A stretch of DNA of 64,000 bases from Eledone cirrhosa. Taxonomy: Eukaryota. The stretch is from assembly GCA_964016885.1 (NCBI GenBank), contig OZ024742.1, positions 352,222,001-352,286,000 on the forward strand, read 5' to 3'. The notes under the pieces were generated by a model. It was not told where the DNA came from and did no database searches. It saw nothing but the letters and a program-made list of their open reading frames with translations. This document shows, piece by piece, positions 56,492 to 64,000 of this stretch (the stretch's first letter is position 1; every line of letters starts with the position of its first letter). The translations under genes were made by a program, and so were the position numbers.

Positions 56492-56702
56492 GTTTTTTTG
56501 AGAAAAAAAATTATTATTTTTCCAAAATAAAGTTCAAATATTTGGGCCAAAAGGCCCAAATATTATGAGTTATTCCTTCACAGGATACAAATGAATGTCT
56601 TATAATGCTTCAGCGGTACAAAAGAATAAACAATTCTCCACAATTAATCCTCAAAAAATTGCTTACTCACGGAGCTTCAAAAAACGTACATCCACTTTCG
56701 TC

Positions 56703-56734
<32 letters not shown>

Positions 56735-57345
56735 TAATAATAATAATGGTTTTTTTATTGGCCACAAGGGCTAACGTGGAGAAAAACATTACAGACGGCA
56801 CAGGAGGATACAAAGTGGGTTTGAGCCGTGTAAAAAGGTTATAAAAACAGAAACATGTAAAATAAATTAAAATTCAAACAACAAAAATTCCCTGGGTGTC
56901 ACTCGTGGCGAAAATCACACAAAAGACCACGGCCACCCTGACCAACGGGACAAGCGCCCTCCCTCAGTGTTCCACTCCACAGTCTACACGTTCATAGTCA
57001 GAGTGGGCCCATTCACTCGGACCAGACTCGCCACTTTCACCCACCTTTCAACAAATTTACTAGAAGACAGCATTTGCCTTTCCACCCTGATTTTCCTCTG
57101 CAAATGAAACTTTTAAAAGATAATCAGGGATTGGCCGGAGAGGAAAGTGTCCGCCTTCAACCCTTTCAAACCTGTCCACCACACAATCTCTTTCGCCATG
57201 GTCACCAAGCAGATGAAGACTACTTGCCCTACCTCCTCTTTAAAGGAGGGTGGTGGGGCTATCTGCACAATGGACTCAGTCCAAAACCGAATCCGTTCTA
57301 CACGCTACAGCAACTGTTCGACATAGCTCCACAAGTCAGCAATCC
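56703..57345 (-). mobile_element. 3' fragment of a third, more divergent L1/Tx1-type LINE
   Basis: Similar to 50885-51495 ('tattggccacaagggc', 'gtgggcccattcac', 'tccgttctacacgc', 'cacaagtcagcaat'), with an (AAT)n tail. Confidence 0.8.
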
Positions 57346-57354
57346 TCGGGCTCT

Positions 57355-57545
57355 AATAATACTAATAATTGTTTCTACTTTTGGCACAAGGCCAGCAGTT
57401 ATCCACTGTATTACTGGTTCTTTATTTTATCGACCCCGTAAGGATGAAAGGCAAAGTTAACCTTGGCGGGATTTGAACTCATCATAAAGGGACGTAACTC
57501 CATGCGTCAAAGCATTATGTCCGACTTTCTACCGATACTGCCAAT
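57355..57545 (-). mobile_element. SINE of the 9055 family
   Basis: Reverse complement of the same domain: 'ttttatcgaccccgtaaggatgaaaggcaaagttaacc..gggatttgaactc'. Confidence 0.8.
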
Positions 57546-57547
57546 CC

Positions 57548-58725
57548 AAGAACTAAATGTTATCATAGAGGAACTGAAGCAACACATTGTAGCAAAAAGT
57601 GCAAAGATTAGGCGGTATGAGAACAGAGTTAGTCAGTATAGACAGAACCGCATGTTTGAAAACAACCAGAAGATTTTGCTTGAAGAGCTTGAAGGGAAGG
57701 AAAGAGGTAATGATGTGATTCCTGAGGCGGAACAGACTAAGAGATTCTGGAGAGGAATATGGGAGCAGGATGTTGAACATGATAGTCAGGCAGTGTGGAT
57801 TAATACAGATCAAAAGGAGATTAGTGAACAAGCACACCAACAACCTGATTTAAGTATCACAGCTGAAACTCTTAAAGGGCAGGCTAAAAACTAACCAACT
57901 TGAAATCACCAGGCCCAGACGGTATGCAAGGGTTTTGGATTAATACTATAACATCCCTCCACCCAAAACTGACAACCATGTTCAATGACTGCTTGATGTC
58001 GGATGAAGTAACAAAGTGGTTGACAAAAGTAACCACAATTCTGGTAATGAAAGACCGAATCAAGGGTAATGAAGTTACAAACTATAGGCCCATCATATGT
58101 CTGTCCGTAATGTGGAAACTGTTAACAAGAATTGTGTCTGAAAAAATTTACTATCACCTCCACATAAACAACTTGTTACCGGACGATCAGAAAGGATGCC
58201 AAAAGAAGTCCCGTGCTACAAAAGACCAGTTACTTATTGGTAAGATGATAATGTAGAATTACAAGAGGAGGAATATAGGTCTTGCCATGGGATGAATAGA
58301 TTACAAAAAGGCATTCGACATGGTACCTCATTCTTGGATAACCAAAAGCCTAATGATCTTCAAGGTTGCATACAACATCAGATAGCTATTAAGTAAAAGC
58401 ATGAAGTCCTGGGAAACAGCTAACTTCAGGTGGAGAATCATGGGGATGCCTGAAGATCAAGAGATGTATCTTCCAGGAACATAGTTTGTCCCCTTTGTTG
58501 GTGGTACTTACCCTCATACTCCTGTCCCACATATTGAGAAAAATGAGGGCAGGACACAAGCTGGGAAGAGGGGAGCTTACTATCAACCACCTTCTCTTAA
58601 TGGACGATCTTAAACTCTTAGGAAGAGTGAGGAGTTTGATGTACTTGTTAACACTGTCCGTATTTTCAGCAATGTTATATGTATGGAATTTGGTTGTAAT
58701 AAGTGCATTTGCAGTCATTAAATGA
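57548..58725 (+). mobile_element. R4/Dong-clade non-LTR RT remnant
   Basis: KIRRYENR..QYRQN.MF, FWRGIW, KSPGPDG.QGFW, NYRPI.CL..MWKLLT, DQKGC.KKSR.TKDQLL, IDYKKAFDMVPHSWI, INHLLLMDDLKL. Contains stops and frameshifts. Confidence 0.85.
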
Positions 58726-58883
58726 GGCTATTCTGGGACACCTTTTAGTCAATCATATCGACACATTTATTAATGATTGCAAGTCTCTAACTGTTTCTAT
58801 CTACCTTCGTTGTTTGTCAAATAGCTAACAAAAAGACCGTCAGAATGGACACACCGGAAAGCATAGACATGTACACACAGTCA

Positions 58884-58954
<71 letters not shown>

Positions 58955-60089
58955 TTCATGTTTTCTGGTTGACCAATGTATACAATTGGTTATTCTGTTT
59001 AGTTAGCCTTGATATAATATATATATATATATATTTAAAGGTTAAACAAGGTTCATTAAATAAATCAAAGAATGAGTTTACAATAGATTGGAAGCACTCA
59101 ACAGTTCGTTTTCCCGTGTTATTAATTCAAAATATTAACAAAAATAGACATTCGTGTGTTCAAGTATATTTTATTATACATATTTCTGAGGTACTGAGCT
59201 CTCTTCAACAGTACGTCTTCATCAGATAATATAACATGATGCATGACATACCTTGACATAGTAGATGGTTAAGATTCAGTCATGGTAGTGAATATGATAT
59301 GACAAGGCTCAATATTTATATACCTTCAGATTGAGACATGAAAAAAATTACATGCAATAAAGAGGGTGCGTGTGAGAAAGCTTAAACATATATAATAGCA
59401 ATTTACATAACTGTTAGAGATTCAAATAATTTAAATTATTGAATAAAGAAGAAAGACAGAGAGAAACAGATGAGGAAAAAATATAGTTATTAGAAGTATA
59501 GAAAGCAAAAGAGAATTGATCAAGGATATAGAGACAAAGGAGAATAATTTTTATAGTATAAAGCATAGATAAATACATGAATATACATGAATATACATTT
59601 GGGCATAGCTTTGTGAAAGAGTAAACTCAAATCTTTAAATTATCTAGAAGTATCCATCTATCTAAATATTAAATATATCTGGGTGTAATTTTCTGAGGGT
59701 TTAATTTCGAGTCCTAAATTAATAAGAAATATACTAACAATTATTTATACACCCAAATTTATCCGACTCACAGTTAAATTTCAAATTCCTTATGTTAGTT
59801 CAGAATAATGGAGTAATCTAAAGGTATAATATTTCAGGCTATAAAAGTTTATAAATGTCTATATTAATATTAAAGTATACTAACATATTTAATTCATAAA
59901 ATCATATTTAAAATATGTTCAAACATGAGAAAGAAACTTAGAATTTTCTTCCACACGAAGGTAAACCATAATAAATTATATTATCTTATAATATTTTGCC
60001 ATACTAAAATAATTCTCACTAAATAATTTAGAAAATAATTACAGTTATGACTTTAAAAAATTAAAATCAACAATTAGAATGCCCTAAAG

Positions 60090-63000
60090 CAGTGGTCGCC
60101 AACCTTTCTAACACCGAGGAGCCCTGTAAATATTTTGAATTCTTCACGGAACCTACACAATACAAAACTTTTCAAAAAAAAAAAAATAAAGTATTTATTT
60201 ATTTTAGTGTTTCATGCCTGTGTATGTAATCGAACATAATTAACTAGTGGCTTTTCTGCTGCTGCGCCTCATCAGTGAGTTTAGAAAATCGAGGTTCAAC
60301 ACTAGTTAATGCCAGTCTCATACACTCGTCAATTGCTGACAGTTTATTCCTGTTCTTTGTGCAGATTTCTACCAACTGCGAAAGCCCTTTTTCGCACAAG
60401 TAGCTAGATGGGAATAAAGTCAAATATTTCAATGCAAGTTGGCTGATTTTATTAAACTCCCCAATCAAGAATAAGTCGATCCATAGTTCTTTCTTTCTGC
60501 TTTCGAATATCACTTTCAGGTCTTCGTTTGAATTCAAATGCATCAACTGATGTAAGCATTGTGCAGGTAGTACATTTTTACAATTTCCAGCGTCATTTTC
60601 GGACACTAACTGCTCGACCTCGGTGAACGGGTTTTTTATCCATAAATATCCGCTAACAATATATTTTTCCATGAAGTCAAAATAATCTGAAAAACTTGTG
60701 GAAAGCAATTTTAAATGAGAAAGAATAATCTTCTATAGATTGCTGAAGTCAAAATCTTCTCTCTTTTTAAGCTCTATTTCAAGGTTTGAAAGTAATGAGT
60801 AATTGTCCGATTCAATTCTTTTTTAATTTTGATTGAATATATGTAATAAAATTGATTGAAGTAAAAATATCTGCATTGTTACCCTGAAGACACTTATTTA
60901 GTTTGTTAAGTTCACCAAAAATGTCTACTAAATAAGCGAGTTGCACATTCCATTCATTGGTTTCTAATACACTTGCTCTTTCATCATTCTGTTTTTTTAG
61001 AAAAACTATTATTTCTTCTCTCAGTTCAATAAATCTCTTCATAGCATCCCCAAAAGACAGCCAACGCACATCATTGTTCAATAACAATCTATTATAATTA
61101 CTTCCAGAAGATTCACAAATAGATTAAAACATTCTAGAATTTTTTGCTCTTGCATGGATCAAATTGATAATTTTGACAATGTTTTTCAGCTGGTCATTTA
61201 ATATTTGAGCATCTCTGTCTTTGAATTCTTTTTAACACAAAACCTCTCGATGAATCATACAATGATTTGAAATACAATTTGGGGTCTATTCTTTAATTTC
61301 TGCAATCAAACTAGAATTTTTACCAGTCATTGCAGCTGCTCCATCTGTTGTTATTGAAGTCAGCTTGCTCCAAGATACACCATTTTTTAAAAAATACTCT
61401 TCAATTTTATTGAATATATCTTGACCTTTAGTTGTGATGTCTAATACCAGACAAAATAAATACTCTTCTACTAATTATTTTTTATCAAGGTCTACAAACC
61501 GTACATAGCAAAGTAATTGAGCCTTGTTATTAATATCCGTAGTTTCGTCCACTTGCAGACCAAAACATGTGCTTTTCTTTAGTGCAGTTAGTATCTGCAG
61601 AAATATCAATTATCCTTCTTTTTACAGTATTTGCTGACAATGTAACTGGCTTAATTTTTCTTTGTCCTTAATACTGCAGCTTTCAAAAGTATCAGAAGAA
61701 ATATCAATTATACTTCTTTTTACACTATTTGCTGACAACGTAGCTGGCTTAATTTTTCTTTGTCCTTAATACTGCAGCTTTCAAAAAGATTCTCTGTAGC
61801 AATTTTTATACTTGGCAGAATTAACTGTTCTCCTCATGTAAATGGTTTCTTGTTTTTACCAATCAAATGTGAAATCTCAAAAGATGTTCTTGTTAAAGCT
61901 TTATCTCTATGTGACTTTTTACAAAACAAGTCATACATATTAGCTTGTGATTTTTTAATGTTGTTTTTCAGCGAAGTAAAGTATTCCAGTGACTTGTTTT
62001 TATCATTGGTGTGATTAGTATCAAGGTGTCTTTAAGTTTTGCAGGATTTAAACAGCTATTTGATAGAACTTTTAAACATAGCAAACACATGGGCTGATCT
62101 GGTGTATCTTTTTTAGTGTCAGCTTTTTGAAATCCATATCTAACATAATCATCACACCACTGTCTAACCTTACTGATGGTATCTAACTTCAGCTTCTTTG
62201 CAGTAGACATCATATCAATGTTATTTATCTACAGTTAAACTTTTTAATATGACATTAATAAACAAGAGAAATTAAGTTTGTTTAATTACAAAAAGTACTT
62301 AGATTAACTTTAATTTTAGATATTTGGAAAAACTTAACTAGTTAAAAATAAATTATAATTTTTAAAAATTGAAATTTCTCCATTTTAGGATGGCAAACAT
62401 ATTATTTAAAGTTTTATAATAATATTAAAATATTAGGGGTTACTGAAAAAGGTGCAAATTTATAAACAACTAGAAGGAATTTTTTTCAGAGTCCAGCACT
62501 TCCTGCATATACTTCTTTAGGGTCGTATTACATAGTATTGGTAATGTAAATATATTTCAATATCCGCCATACTAAAAGGTGCAAAAAATGCAAATCAGCT
62601 GGTAGTGTAGAAGATGTGACGATGGTATTGGAAATTAATTCAGATATCTTCTATCTATTTTGACTCAAAGTTAGATATAATATAAGAAGGCTTTAGGCTG
62701 CGTTAAACATATATTAGATTGGAACAAATAAAGTTTAGTCAAATGTTTGTGTACATATATATTTATTGTATGAAGTAATTTCTCAATTGTGAATGCAGAT
62801 GTCATCAAATGAATACATAATTGTGTGGCAAAGTTTATAGTGTATGCATGGAATACAAAATTACCTTTGTTAGTAGTCGAAACTTTACAGGCGTTATATT
62901 TTCTGTACAAAGTACAACACAATGTAACATGTTCTTATTTAGAATTGTCTGTGGAACTGGATGCATGTTGAAAACGACTAGTAAGCGAGTTCACTATGTG

Positions 63001-63561
63001 AGGAAACTTTAGGCGACTTTAAAGCTTTTCTGAGGACAGCAGATTAAAACGTGTTCGCTATTGAAAATATTCTACTGAACTTACGTTGTGAGAACAGCGA
63101 ACTGACCCTGTATCTCGCCTGAGAGACCTCGCTGATCTGAAGTCTTCAGTTTAAAGTTATGCTGTCATCGACCAACATTTACTTGTTCGTGATTGGTCAA
63201 TTTCTAAGTTCAATTAATGTATGATCAGTAGTAGTGAAATCCTCGGAATTCAGAAAACTATGTCTTTCCAAGAATTGATGTGAAATTGAAAGTATTCAAT
63301 TTCCACGAATCTCAGAACAGTGTTTTTCTGCTAATTCAAGTGAGAAACTAAAAGTAGTGTTTTCCACGAATTGGAGTGGAGAACCTGTGTACACTACAAT
63401 AGTACTCGTTCATTTATACATTGCACCTTTGGCATTTTCTTTGCACCTTTTTCAGAAAACCCAAAATATTAATGGTAATGTAAATATTTATTTTTTTAAG
63501 GAACCCGGAGTTTGTTTTACGGAACCCCAAGGTTCCGCGGAACCCATGTTGGCGATCACTG
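60090..63561 (-). mobile_element. hAT (Buster/Charlie-type) DNA transposon, full-length 3472 bp, with a disrupted transposase
   Basis: TIRs CAGTGGTCGCCAAC and CAGTGATCGCCAAC (13/14). Perfect 8-bp TSD ccctaaag at 60082-60089 and 63562-63569, with central TA. Confidence 0.95.
60244..62213 (-). pseudogene. hAT Buster-family transposase pseudogene
   Basis: YVRYGF..PMCLLC.KVLSN (BED-like), LQVDETTD, TTDGAAAMTG, HCMIHRE, VRWLS.G, LAYLVDIF..LN.LN..LQG, FPSSYLCEKG.S..RNKL..MRLAL..PRF. Several frameshifts. Confidence 0.92.
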
Positions 63562-63569
63562 CCCTAAAG

Positions 63570-64000
63570 CATCTAAAGGCCTTATAATTAAACTTTAAAA
63601 AGTTATTATTAGATTTGATTTCCCTTTCCATAAGCCCAATGAAAACTTAAATTACGTTAGCTATTACCTTAGCTAGTACTGTAATCACCCTAAATTCGTG
63701 GAAAATATACTAGTCAATAGTGTACAGAAACGCATAACTAGAATTTCAGCCGCTAATAAATCCTTATTTGATGAAAAAGCAGGATATTATAATGACGCGC
63801 TAAGAAAGGCAGGTTATAAAAATAATATTGAATATATAGATAACAATAATTTGAATTATAATCCTGATAAAAATAAAAAAAGACTAACATATACAAACGA
63901 GATTCTAGAAATTATAATATAAGTACCAATACCGTGAATAAATCGGCGAATCATATCAGAACTAAACCAATTATATGGCTTGCACCCACATCCACCCACT
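63570..64000 (+). mobile_element. Penelope-like RT/thumb remnant, interrupted by the hAT insertion
   Basis: PFHKPNENLNYV..CNHP..NSVQKRITRIS..FDEKAGYYNDALRKAGY, the same motif series as at 22.2-22.45 kb. Confidence 0.7.

Larger units (their letters stand above)
50861..56605 (-). mobile_element. Near full-length L1/Tx1-type LINE, copy 2
   Basis: 5'UTR, ORF1, ORF2, and a 3'UTR ending AATAAA-tgaaatc-(ATT)n. Confidence 0.93.

Noticed and set aside
49089-56501. Plus-strand V/L/C-rich ORFs over the LINEs
   Set aside because: They are antisense shadows of A/C-rich ORF1 and ORF2 sequence.

Overview
AT-rich, repeat-dominated animal (metazoan) genomic DNA. The extreme (TA)n/(CA)n microsatellite load and SINE types suggest a cephalopod such as an octopus (inference). 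No intact host protein-coding gene is supportable, and most ORF-track entries are microsatellite or antisense artefacts. Recognisable content: (1) a head-to-tail cluster of three L1/Tx1-type LINEs at 45.8-57.3 kb, one with an intact 1139-aa APE-RT ORF2; (2) a 3472-bp hAT/Buster transposon with TIRs and a perfect 8-bp TSD; (3) decayed CR1/L2, RTE, R4/Dong and mariner remnants, tRNA-derived SINEs and Helitron-like elements; (4) many Penelope-like elements (PLEs) and short non-coding derivatives. The most notable signal is in the last group. About 10 different short families each carry a minimal hammerhead ribozyme motif, sit in (TA)n tracts, and often appear as two-armed inverted insertions with fixed end points. 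One is an ORF-less, ~470-nt tandem/circularly permuted unit (9.5-10.6 kb) with an apparently intact hammerhead, i.e. a retrozyme-like element. All coordinates and alignments were made by eye.
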